DNA from: Eledone cirrhosa
Lineage: Eukaryota
DNA: 64,000 nucleotides
Direction: 5' to 3'
Assembly: GCA_964016885.1 (NCBI GenBank)
Contig: OZ024758.1
Span: forward strand, 35,774,001 to 35,838,000
Position 1 is the first letter of the stretch; each line of letters starts with the position of its first letter. A program made the position numbers and the translations under genes. Below the pieces are notes generated by a model. That model worked only from the letters and a program-made list of their open reading frames with translations, did no database searches and was not told the DNA's origin. Below, in pieces: positions 51,101 through 63,609 of the stretch.

Positions 51101-54100
51101 TAAGAATTCATTTAAGTTCATGGTATTAGCTGTCAGAAGTAACTCCACTGTTGGTGAGAATTCATTTAAGTTCATGGTATTAGCTGTCAGAAGGAACGCC
51201 ACTGTTGGTGAGAATTCATTTAAGTTCATGGTATTAGCTGTCAGAAGTAACTCCACTGTTGGTGAGAATTCATTTAAGTTCATGGTACTAGCTGTCAGAA
51301 GTAACTCCAATGTTGGTGAGAATTCATTTAAGTTCATGGTATCAGCTGTCAGAAGGAACTCCACTGTTGCTGAGAATTCATTTAAGTTCATGGTATTAGC
51401 TGTCAGAAGTAACACCACTGTTGGTGAGAATTCATTTAAGTTCATGGTACTAGCTGTCAGAAGTAACTCCACTGTTGGTGAGAATTCATTTAAGTTCATG
51501 GTATTAGCTGACAGAAGTCACTCCACTGTTGGTGAGAATTCATTTAAGTTCATGGTACTAGCTGTCAGAAGTAACTCCAATGTTGGTGAGAATTCATTTA
51601 AGTTCATGGTATTAGCTGTCAGAAGTAACTCCACTGTTGGTGAGAATTCATTTAAGTTCATGGTATTAGCTGTCAGAAGTAACTCCACTGTTGGTGAGAA
51701 TTCATTTAAGTTCATGGTATTAGCTGTCAGAAGTAACTCCACTGTTGGTGAGAATTCATTTAAGTTCATGGTACTAGCTGTCAGAAGTAACTCCAATGTT
51801 GGTGAGAATTCATTTAAGTTCATGGTACTAGCTGTCAGAAGTAACTCCACTGTTGGTGAAAATTCATTTAAGTTCATGGTATTAGTTTGTCAGAAGTAAC
51901 TCCACTGTTGGTGAGAATTCATTTAAGTCATGGTATTAGTTGTCAGAAGTAACTCCAATGTTGGTGAGAATTCATTTAAATTCATGGTATTAGCTGTCAG
52001 AAGGAACTCCACTGTTGGTGAGAATTCATTTAAGTTCATGGTATTAGCTGTCAGAAGGAACTCCAATGTTGGTGAGAATTCATTTAAGTCATGGTACTAG
52101 CTGTCAGAAGTAACTCCACTGTTGGTGAGAATTCATTTAAGTTCATGGTATTAGCTGTCAGAAGGAACGCCACTGTTGGTGAGAATTCATTTAAGTTCAT
52201 GGTATTAGCTGTCAGAATTAACTCCACTGTTGGTGAGAATTCATTTAAGTTCATGGTACTAGCTGTCAGAAGTAACTCCAATGTTGGTGAGAATTCATTT
52301 AAGTTCATGGTATTAGCTGTCAGAAGGAACTCCACTGTTGGTGAGAATTCATTTAAGTTCATGGTATTAGCTGTCAGAAGTAACTCCACTGTTGGTGAGA
52401 ATTCATTTAAGTCATGGTATTAGCTGTCAGAAGTAACTCCATTGTTGGTGAGAATTCATTTAAGTCATGGTACTAGCTGTCAGAACTAACTCCAATGTTG
52501 GTGAGAATTCATTTAAGTGATGGTACTAGCTGTCAGAAGTAACTCCAATGTTGGTGAGAATTCATTTAAGTTCATGGTACTAGCTGTCAGAAGTAAATCC
52601 ACTGTTGGTGAGAATTCATTTAAGTTCATGGTATTAGCTGTCAGAAGTAACTCCACTGTTGGTGAGAAATCATTTAAGTTCATGGTATTAGCTGTCAGAA
52701 GTAACTCCACTGTTGGTAAGAATTCATTTAAGTTCATGGTATTAGCTGTCAGAAGTAACTCCACTGTTGGTGAGAATTCATTTAAGTTCATGGTATTAGC
52801 TGTCAGAAGGAACGCCACTGTTGGTGAGAATTCATTTAAGTTCATGGTATTAGCTGTCAGAAGTAACTCCACTGTTGGTGAGAATTCATTTAAGTTCATG
52901 GTACTAGCTGTCAGAAGTATCTCCAATGTTGGTGAGAATTCATTTAAGTTCATGGTATTAGCTGTCAGAAGGAACTCCACTGTTGCTGAGAATTCATTTA
53001 AGTTCATGGTATTAGCTGTCAGAAGTAACACCACTGTTGGTGAGAATTCATTTAAGTTCATGGTACTAGCTGTCAGAAGTAACTCCACTGTTGGTGAGAA
53101 TTCATTTAAGTTCATGGTATTAGCTGTCAGAAGTAACTCCACTGTTGGTGAGGATTCATTTAAGTTCATGGTATTAGCTGACAGAAGTCACTCCACTGTT
53201 GGTGAGAATTCATTTAAGTTCATGGTACTAGCTGTCAGAAGTAACTCCAATGTTGGTGAGAATTCATTTAAGTTCATGGTATTAGCTGTCAGAAGTAACT
53301 CCACTGTTGGTGAGAATTCATTTAAGTTCATGGTATTAGCTGTCAGAAGTAACTCCACTGTTGGTGAGAATTCATTTAAGTTCATGGTATTAGCTGTCAG
53401 AAGTAACTCCACTGTTGGTGAGAATTCATTTAAGTTCATGGTACTAGCTGTCAGAAGTAACTCCAATGTTGGTGAGAATTCATTTAAGTTCATGGTACTA
53501 GCTGTCAGAAGTAACTCCACTGTTGGTGAAAATTCATTTAAGTTCATGGTATTAGTTTGTCAGAAGTAACTCCACTGTGGGTGAGAATTCATTTAAGTCA
53601 TGGTATTAGTTGTCAGAAGTAACTCCAATGTTGGTGAGAATTCATTTAAGTTCATGGTATTAGCTGTCAGAAGGAACTCCACTGTTGGTGAGAATTCATT
53701 TAAGTTCATGGTATTAGCTGTCAGAAGGAACTCCAATGTTGGTGAGAATTCATTTAAGTCATGTTACTAGCTGTCAGAAGTAACTCCACTGTTGGTGAGA
53801 ATTCATTTAAGTTCATGGTATTAGCTGTCAGAAGGTACGCCACTGTTGGTGAGAATTCATTTAAGTTCATGGTATTAGCTGTCACAATTAACTCCACTGT
53901 TGGTGAGAATTCATTTAAGTTCATGGTACTAGCTGTCAGAAGTAACTCCAATGTTGGTGAGAATTCATTTAAGTTCATGGTATTAGCTGTCAGAAGGAAC
54001 TCCACTGTTGGTGAGAATTCATTTAAGTTCATGGTATTAGCTGTCAGAAGTAACTCCACTGTTGGTGAGAATTCATTTAAGTCATGGTATTAGCTGTCAG

Positions 54101-56989
54101 AAGTAACTCCATTGTTGGTGAGAATTCATTTAAGTCATGGTACTAGCTGTCAGAACTAACTCCAATGTTGGTGAGAATTCATTTAAGTCATGGTACTAGC
54201 TGTCAGAAGTAACTCCAATGTTGGTGAGAATTCATTTAAGTTCATGGTACTAGCTGTCAGAAGTAAATCCACTGTTGGTGAGAATTCATTTAAGTTCATG
54301 GTATTAGCTGTCAGAAGTAACTCCACTGTTGGTGAGAAATCATTTAAGTTCATGGTATTAGCTGTCAGAAGTAACTCCACTGTTGGTGAGAATTCATTTA
54401 AGTTCATGGTACTAGCTGTCAGAAGTAACTCCACTGTTGGTGAGAATTCATTTAAGTTCATGGTATTAGTTTGTCAGAAGTAACTCCACTGTTGGTGAGA
54501 ATTCATTTAAGTCATGGTATTAGTTGTCAGAAGTAACTCCAATGTTGGTGAGAATTCATTTAAGTTCATGGTACTAGCTGTCAGAAGTAACTCCACTGTT
54601 GGTGAGAATTCATTTAAGTCATGGTACTAGCTGTCAGAAGTAACTCCAATGTTGGTGAGAATTCATTTAAGTTCATGGTATTAGCTGTCAGAAGTAACTC
54701 CACTGTTGGTGAGAATTCGTTTAAGTTCATGGTATTAGCTGTCAGAAGTAACTCCACTGTTGGTGAGAATTCATTTAAGTTCATGGTATTAGCTGTCAGA
54801 AGTAACTCCACTGTTGGTGAGAATTCATTTAAGTTCATGGTATTAGCTGTCAGAAGTAACTCCACTGTTGGTGAGAATTCATTTAAGTTCATGGTATTAG
54901 CTGTCAGAAGGAACTCCAATGTTGGTGAGAATTCATTTAAGTCATGGTACTAGCTGTCAGAAGTAACTCCACTGTTGGTGAGAATTCATTTAAGTTCATG
55001 GTATTAGCTGTCAGAAGGAACGCCACTGTTGGTGAGAATTCATTTAAGTTCATGGTATTAGCTGTCAGAAGTAACTCCACTGTTGGTGAGAATTCATTTA
55101 AGTTCATGGTACTAGCTGTCAGAAGTAACTCCAATGTTGGTGAGAATTCATTTAAGTTCATGGTATTAGCTGTCAGAAGGAACTCCACTGTTGCTGAGAA
55201 TTCATTTAAGTTCATGGTATTAGCTGTCAGAAGTAACTCCACTGTTGGTGAGAATTCATTTAAGTTCATGGTACTAGCTGTCAGAAGTAACTCCACTGTT
55301 GGTGAGAATTCATTTAAGTTCATGGTATTAGCTGTCAGAAGTCACTCCAATGTTGGTGAGAATTCATTTAGGTTCATGGTATTAGCTGTCAGAAGTCACT
55401 CCACTGTTGGTGAGAATTCATTTAAGTTCATGGTACTAGCTGGCAGAAGTAACCCCAATGTTGGTGAGAATTCATTTAAGTTCATGGTATTAGCTGTCAG
55501 AAGTCACTCCAATGTTGGTGAGAATTCATTTAAGTTCATGGTATTAGCAGTCAGAAGTAACTCCACTGTTGGTGAGAATTCATTTATGTTCATGGTATTA
55601 GTTTGTCAGAAGTAACTCCACTGTTGGTGAGAATTCATTTAAGTCATGGTATTAGTTGTCAGAAGTAACTCCAATGTTGGTGAGAATTCATGTAAGTTCA
55701 TGGTATTAGCTGTCAGAAGGAACTCCACTGTTGGTGAGAATTCATTTAAGTTCATGGTATTAGCTGTCAGAAGGAACTCCAATGTTGGTGAGAATTCATT
55801 TAAGTCATGGTACTAGCTGTCAGAAGTAACTCCACTGTTGGTGAGAATTCATTTAAGTTCATGGTATTAGCTGTCAGAAGGAACGCCACTGTTGGTGAGA
55901 ATTCATTTAAGTTCATGGTATTAGCTGTCAGAAGTAACTCCACTGTTGGTGAGAATTCATTTAAGTTCATGGTACTAGCTGTCAGAAGTAACTCCAATGT
56001 TGGTGAGAATTCATTTAAGTTCATGGTATTAGCTGTCAGAAGGAACTCCACTGTTGGTGAGAATTCATTTAAGTTCATGGTATTAGCTGTCAGAAGTAAC
56101 TCCACTGTTGGTGAGAATTCATTTAAGTCATGGTATTAGCTGTCAGAAGTAACTCCATTGTTGGTGAGAATTCAATTAAGTCATGGTACTAGCTGTCAGA
56201 AGTAACTCCAATGTTGGTGAGAATTCATTTAAGTTCATGTTATTAGCTGTCAGAAGGAACTCCACTGTTGGTGAGAATTCATTTAAGTTCATGGTATTAG
56301 CTGTCAGAAGTAACTCCACTGTTGGTGAGAATTCATTTAAGTTCATGGTATTAGCTGTCAGAAGTAACTGCACCGTTGGTGAGAATTCATATAAGTTCAT
56401 GGTACTAGCTGTCAGAAGTAACTCCAATGTTGGTGAGAATTCATTTAAGTTCATGGTATTAGCTGTCAGAAGTAACTCCACTGTTGGTGAGAATTCATTT
56501 AAGTTCATGGTATTAGCTGTCAGAAGTAACTCCACTGTTGGTGAGCATTCATTTAAGTTCATGGTATTAGCTGTCAGAAGTAACTCCACTGTTGGTGAGA
56601 ATTCATTTAAGTTCATGGTACTAGCTGTTAGAAGTAACTCCAATGTTGGTGAGAATTCATTTAAGTTCATGGTATTAGCTGTCAGAAGTAACTCCACTGT
56701 TGGTGAGAATTCATTTAAGTCATGGTATTAGCTGTCAGAAGTAACTCCACTGTTGGTGAGAATTCATTTAAGTTCATGGTACTAGCTGTCAGAAGTAACT
56801 CCACTGTTGGTGAGAATTCATTTAAGTTCATGGTAATAGCTGTCAGAAGTAACTCCACTGTTGGTGAGAATTCATTTAAGTCATGGTATTAGCTGTCAGA
56901 AGTAACTCCAATGTTGGTGAGAATTCATTTAAGTCATGGTACTAGCTGTCAGAAGTAACTCCAATGTTGGTGAGAATTCATTTAAGTTC

Positions 56990-59900
56990 ATGGTATTAGC
57001 TGTCAGAAGTAACTCCACTGTTGGTGAGAATTCATTTAAGTTCATGGTATTAGCTGTCAGAAGTAATTCCACTGTTGGTGAGAATTCATTTAAGTTCATG
57101 GTACTAGCTGTCAGAAGTAACTCCAATGTTGGTGAGAATTCATTTAAGTTCATGGTATTAGCTGTCAGAAGGAACTCCACTGTTGCTGAGAATTCATTTA
57201 AGTTCATGGTATTAGCTGTCAGAAGTAACTCCACTGTTGGTGAGAATTCATTTAAGTTCATGGTACTAGCTGTCAGAAGTAACTCCACTGTTGGTGAGAA
57301 TTCATTTAAGTTCATGGTATTAGCTGTCAGAAGTAACTCCACTGTTGGTGAGAATTCATTTAAGTTCATGGTATTAGCTGACAGAAGTCACTCCACTGTT
57401 GGTGAGAATTCATTTAAGTTCATGGTACTAGCTGTCAGAAGTAACTCCAATGTTGGTGAGAATTCATTTAAGTTCATGGTATTAGCTGTCAGAAGTAACT
57501 CCACTGTTGGTGAGAATTCATTTAAGTTCATGGTATTAGCTGTCAGAAGTAACTCCACTGTTGGTGAGAATTCATTTAAGTTCATGGTACTAGCTGTCAG
57601 AAGTAACTCCAATGTTGGTGAGAATTCATTTAAGTTCATGGTACTAGCTGTCAGAAGTAACTCCACTGTTGGTGAGAATTCATTTAAGTTCATGGTATTA
57701 GTTTGTCAGAAGTAACTCCACTGTTGGTGAGAATTCATTTAAGTCATGGTATTAGTTGTCAGAAGTAACTCCAATGTTGGTGAGAATTCATTTAAGTTCA
57801 TGGTATTAGCTGTCAGAAGGAACTCCACTGTTGGTGAGAATTCATTTAAGTTCATGGTATTAGCTGTCAGAAGGAACTCCAATGTTGGTGAGAATTCATT
57901 TAAGTCATGGTACTAGCTGTCAGAAGTAACTCCACTGTTGGTGAGAATTCATTTAAGTTCATGGTATTAGCTGTCAGAAGGAACGCCACTGTTGGTGAGA
58001 ATTCATTTAAGTTCATGGTATTAGCTGTCAGAAGTAACTCCACTGTTGGTGAGAATTCATTTAAGTTCATGGTACTAGCTGTCAGAAGTAACTCCAATGT
58101 TGGTGAGAATTCATTTAAGTTCATGGTATTAGCTGTCAGAAGGAACTCCACTGTTGGTGAGAATTCATTTAAGTTCATGGTATTAGCTGTCAGAAGTAAC
58201 TCCACTGTTAGTGAGAATTCATTTAAGTCATGGTATTAGCTGTCAGAAGTAACTCCATTGTTGGTGAGAATTCATTTAAGTCATGGTACTAGCTGTCAGA
58301 AGTAACTCCAATGTTGGTGAGAATTCATTTAAGTCATGGTACTAGCTGTCAGAAGTAACTCCAATGTTGGTGAGAATTCATTTAAGTTCATGGTATTAGC
58401 TGTCAGAAGGAACTCCACTGTTGGTGAGAATTCATTTAAGTTCATGGTATTAGCTGTCAGAAGGAACTCCACTGTTGGTGAGAATTCATTTAAGTTCATG
58501 GTATTAGCTGTCAGAAGGAACTCCAATGTTGGTGAGAATTCATTTAAGTCATGTTACTAGCTGTCAGAAGTAACTCCACTGTTGGTGAGAATTCATTTAA
58601 GTTCATGGTATTAGCTGTCAGAAGGAACGCCACTGTTGGTGAGAATTCATTTAAGTTCATGGTATTAGCTGTCAGAATTAACTCCACTGTTGGTGAGAAT
58701 TCATTTAAGTTCATGGTACTAGCTGTCAGAAGTAACTCCAATGTTGGTGAGAATTCATTTAAGTTCATGGTATTAGCTGTCAGAAGGAACTCCACTGTTG
58801 GTGAGAATTCATTTAAGTTCATGGTATTAGCTGTCAGAAGTAACTCCACTGTTGGTGAGAATTCATTTAAGTCATGGTATTAGCTGTCAGAAGTAACTCC
58901 ATTGTTGGTGAGAATTCATTTAAGTCATGGTACTAGCTGTCAGAACTAACTCCAATGTTGGTGAGAATTCATTTAAGTCATGGTACTAGCTGTCAGAAGT
59001 AACTCCAATGTTGGTGAGAATTCATTTAAGTTCATGGTACTAGCTGTCAGAAGTAAATCCACTGTTGGTGAGAATTCATTTAAGTTCATGGTATTAGCTG
59101 TCAGAAGTAACTCCACTGTTGGTGAGAAATCATTTAAGTTCATGGTATTAGCTGTCAGAAGTAACTCCACTGTTGGTGAGAATTCATTTAAGTTCATGGT
59201 ACTAGCTGTCAGAAGTAACTCCACTGTTGGTGAGAATTCATTTAAGTTCATGGTATTAGTTTGTCAGAAGTAACTCCACTGTTGGTGAGAATTCATTTAA
59301 GTCATGGTATTAGTTGTCAGAAGTAACTCCAATGTTGGTGAGAATTCATTTAAGTTCATGGTACTAGCTGTCAGAAGTAAATCCACTGTTGGTGAGAATT
59401 CATTTAAGTTCATGGTATTAGCTGTCAGAAGTAACTCCACTGTTGGTGAGAATTCATTTAAGTCATGGTATTAGCTGTCAGAAGTAACTCCAATGTTGGT
59501 GAGAATTCATTTAAGTCATGGTACTAGCTGTCAGAAGTAACTCCAATGTTGGTGAGAATTCATTTAAGTTCATGGTATTAGCTGTCAGAAGTAACTCCAC
59601 TGTTGGTGAGAATTCGTTTAAGTTCATGGTATTAGCTGTCAGAAGTAACTCCACTGTTGGTGAGAATTCATTTAAGTTCATGGTATTAGCTGTCAGAAGT
59701 AACTCCACTGTTGGTGAGAATTCATTTAAGTTCATGGTATTAGCTGTCAGAAGTAACTCCACTGTTGGTGAGAATTCATTTAAGTTCATGGTATTAGCTG
59801 TCAGAAGGAACTCCAATGTTGGTGAGAATTCATTTAAGTCATGGTACTAGCTGTCAGAAGTAACTCCACTGTTGGTGAGAATTCATTTAAGTTCATGGTA

Positions 59901-62900
59901 TTAGCTGTCAGAAGGAACGCCACTGTTGGTGAGAATTCATTTAAGTTCATGGTATTAGCTGTCAGAAGTAACTCCACTGTTGGTGAGAATTCATTTAAGT
60001 TCATGGTACTAGCTGTCAGAAGTAACTCCAATGTTGGTGAGAATTCATTTAAGTTCATGGTATTAGCTGTCAGAAGGAACTCCACTGTTGCTGAGAATTC
60101 ATTTAAGTTCATGGTATTAGCTGTCAGAAGTAACTCCACTGTTGGTGAGAATTCATTTAAGTTCATGGTACTAGCTGTCAGAAGTAACTCCACTGTTGGT
60201 GAGAATTCATTTAAGTTCATGGTATTAGCTGTCAGAAGTCACTCCAATGTTGGTGAGAATTCATTTAGGTTCATGGTATTAGCTGTCAGAAGTCACTCCA
60301 CTGTTGGTGAGAATTCATTTAAGTTCATGGTATTAGCTGTCAGAAGTAACTCCACTGTTGGTGAGAATTCATTTAAGTTCATGGTATTAGCTGTCAGAAG
60401 TAATTCCACTGTTGGTGAGAATTCATTTAAGTTCATGGTACTAGCTGTCAGAAGTAACTCCAATGTTGGTGAGAATTCATTTAAGTTCATGGTATTAGCT
60501 GTCAGAAGGAACTCCACTGTTGCTGAGAATTCATTTAAGTTCATGGTATTAGCTGTCAGAAGTAACTCCACTGTTGGTGAGAATTCATTTAAGTTCATGG
60601 TACTAGCTGTCAGAAGTAACTCCACTGTTGGTGAGAATTCATTTAAGTTCATGGTATTAGCTGTCAGAAGTAACTCCACTGTTGGTGAGAATTCATTTAA
60701 GTTCATGGTATTAGCTGACAGAAGTCACTCCACTGTTGGTGAGAATTCATTTAAGTTCATGGTACTAGCTGTCAGAAGTAACTCCAATGTTGGTGAGAAT
60801 TCATTTAAGTTCATGGTATTAGCTGTCAGAAGTAACTCCACTGTTGGTGAGAATTCATTTAAGTTCATGGTATTAGCTGTCAGAAGTAACTCCACTGTTG
60901 GTGAGAATTCATTTAAGTTCATGGTACTAGCTGTCAGAAGTAACTCCAATGTTGGTGAGAATTCATTTAAGTTCATGGTACTAGCTGTCAGAAGTAACTC
61001 CACTGTTGGTGAGAATTCATTTAAGTTCATGGTATTAGTTTGTCAGAAGTAACTCCACTGTTGGTGAGAATTCATTTAAGTCATGGTATTAGTTGTCAGA
61101 AGTAACTCCAATGTTGGTGAGAATTCATTTAAGTTCATGGTATTAGCTGTCAGAAGGAACTCCACTGTTGGTGAGAATTCATTTAAGTTCATGGTATTAG
61201 CTGTCAGAAGGAACTCCAATGTTGGTGAGAATTCATTTAAGTCATGGTACTAGCTGTCAGAAGTAACTCCACTGTTGGTGAGAATTCATTTAAGTTCATG
61301 GTATTAGCTGTCAGAAGGAACGCCACTGTTGGTGAGAATTCATTTAAGTTCATGGTATTAGCTGTCAGAAGTAACTCCACTGTTGGTGAGAATTCATTTA
61401 AGTTCATGGTACTAGCTGTCAGAAGTAACTCCAATGTTGGTGAGAATTCATTTAAGTTCATGGTATTAGCTGTCAGAAGGAACTCCACTGTTGGTGAGAA
61501 TTCATTTAAGTTCATGGTATTAGCTGTCAGAAGTAACTCCACTGTTAGTGAGAATTCATTTAAGTCATGGTATTAGCTGTCAGAAGTAACTCCATTGTTG
61601 GTGAGAATTCATTTAAGTCATGGTACTAGCTGTCAGAAGTAACTCCAATGTTGGTGAGAATTCATTTAAGTCATGGTACTAGCTGTCAGAAGTAACTCCA
61701 ATGTTGGTGAGAATTCATTTAAGTTCATGGTATTAGCTGTCAGAAGGAACTCCACTGTTGGTGAGAATTCATTTAAGTTCATGGTATTAGCTGTCAGAAG
61801 GAACTCCACTGTTGGTGAGAATTCATTTAAGTTCATGGTATTAGCTGTCAGAAGGAACTCCAATGTTGGTGAGAATTCATTTAAGTCATGTTACTAGCTG
61901 TCAGAAGTAACTCCACTGTTGGTGAGAATTCATTTAAGTTCATGGTATTAGCTGTCAGAAGGAACGCCACTGTTGGTGAGAATTCATTTAAGTTCATGGT
62001 ATTAGCTGTCAGAATTAACTCCACTGTTGGTGAGAATTCATTTAAGTTCATGGTACTAGCTGTCAGAAGTAACTCCAATGTTGGTGAGAATTCATTTAAG
62101 TTCATGGTATTAGCTGTCAGAAGGAACTCCACTGTTGGTGAGAATTCATTTAAGTTCATGGTATTAGCTGTCAGAAGTAACTCCACTGTTGGTGAGAATT
62201 CATTTAAGTCATGGTATTAGCTGTCAGAAGTAACTCCATTGTTGGTGAGAATTCATTTAAGTCATGGTACTAGCTGTCAGAACTAACTCCAATGTTGGTG
62301 AGAATTCATTTAAGTCATGGTACTAGCTGTCAGAAGTAACTCCAATGTTGGTGAGAATTCATTTAAGTTCATGGTACTAGCTGTCAGAAGTAAATCCACT
62401 GTTGGTGAGAATTCATTTAAGTTCATGGTATTAGCTGTCAGAAGTAACTCCACTGTTGGTGAGAAATCATTTAAGTTCATGGTATTAGCTGTCAGAAGTA
62501 ACTCCACTGTTGGTGAGAATTCATTTAAGTTCATGGTACTAGCTGTCAGAAGTAACTCCACTGTTGGTGAGAATTCATTTAAGTTCATGGTATTAGTTTG
62601 TCAGAAGTAACTCCACTGTTGGTGAGAATTCATTTAAGTCATGGTATTAGTTGTCAGAAGTAACTCCAATGTTGGTGAGAATTCATTTAAGTTCATGGTA
62701 CTAGCTGTCAGAAGTAAATCCACTGTTGGTGAGAATTCATTTAAGTTCATGGTATTAGCTGTCAGAAGTAACTCCACTGTTGGTGAGAATTCATTTAAGT
62801 CATGGTATTAGCTGTCAGAAGTAACTCCAATGTTGGTGAGAATTCATTTAAGTCATGGTACTAGCTGTCAGAAGTAACTCCAATGTTGGTGAGAATTCAT

Positions 62901-63609
62901 TTAAGTTCATGGTATTAGCTGTCAGAAGTAACTCCACTGTTGGTGAGAATTCGTTTAAGTTCATGGTATTAGCTGTCAGAAGTAACTCCACTGTTGGTGA
63001 GAATTCATTTAAGTTCATGGTATTAGCTGTCAGAAGTAACTCCACTGTTGGTGAGAATTCATTTAAGTTCATGGTATTAGCTGTCAGAAGTAACTCCACT
63101 GTTGGTGAGAATTCATTTAAGTTCATGGTATTAGCTGTCAGAAGGAACTCCAATGTTGGTGAGAATTCATTTAAGTCATGGTACTAGCTGTCAGAAGTAA
63201 CTCCACTGTTGGTGAGAATTCATTTAAGTTCATGGTATTAGCTGTCAGAAGGAACTCCACTGTTGGTGAGAATTCATTTAAGTTCATGGTACTAGCTGTC
63301 AGAAGTAACTCCAATGTTGGTGAGAATTCATTTAAGTTCATGGTATTAGCTGTCAGAAGGAACTCCACTGTTGCTGAGAATTCATTTAAGTTCATGGTAT
63401 TAGCTGTCAGAAGTAACTCCACTGTTGGTGAGAATTCATTTAAGTTCATGGTACTAGCTGTCAGAAGTAACTCCACTGTTGGTGAGAATTCATTTAAGTT
63501 CATGGTATTAGCTGTCAGAAGTCACTCCAATGTTGGTGAGAATTCATTTAGGTTCATGGTATTAGCTGTCAGAAGTCACTCCACTGTTGGTGAGAATTCA
63601 TTTAAGTTC
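56990..63609. repeat. Tandem higher-order duplication, period 3337 bp (about 62 monomers); the second copy lacks one monomer near 63.25 kb
   Basis: Matching ORFs at +3337: ends 57715/61052, and starts 57907/61244, 58336/61673, 58551/61888, 58980/62317, 59518/62855, 59841/63178. Private variants AGTAATTCC and CTGTTAGTG occur in both copies. Confidence 0.92.
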
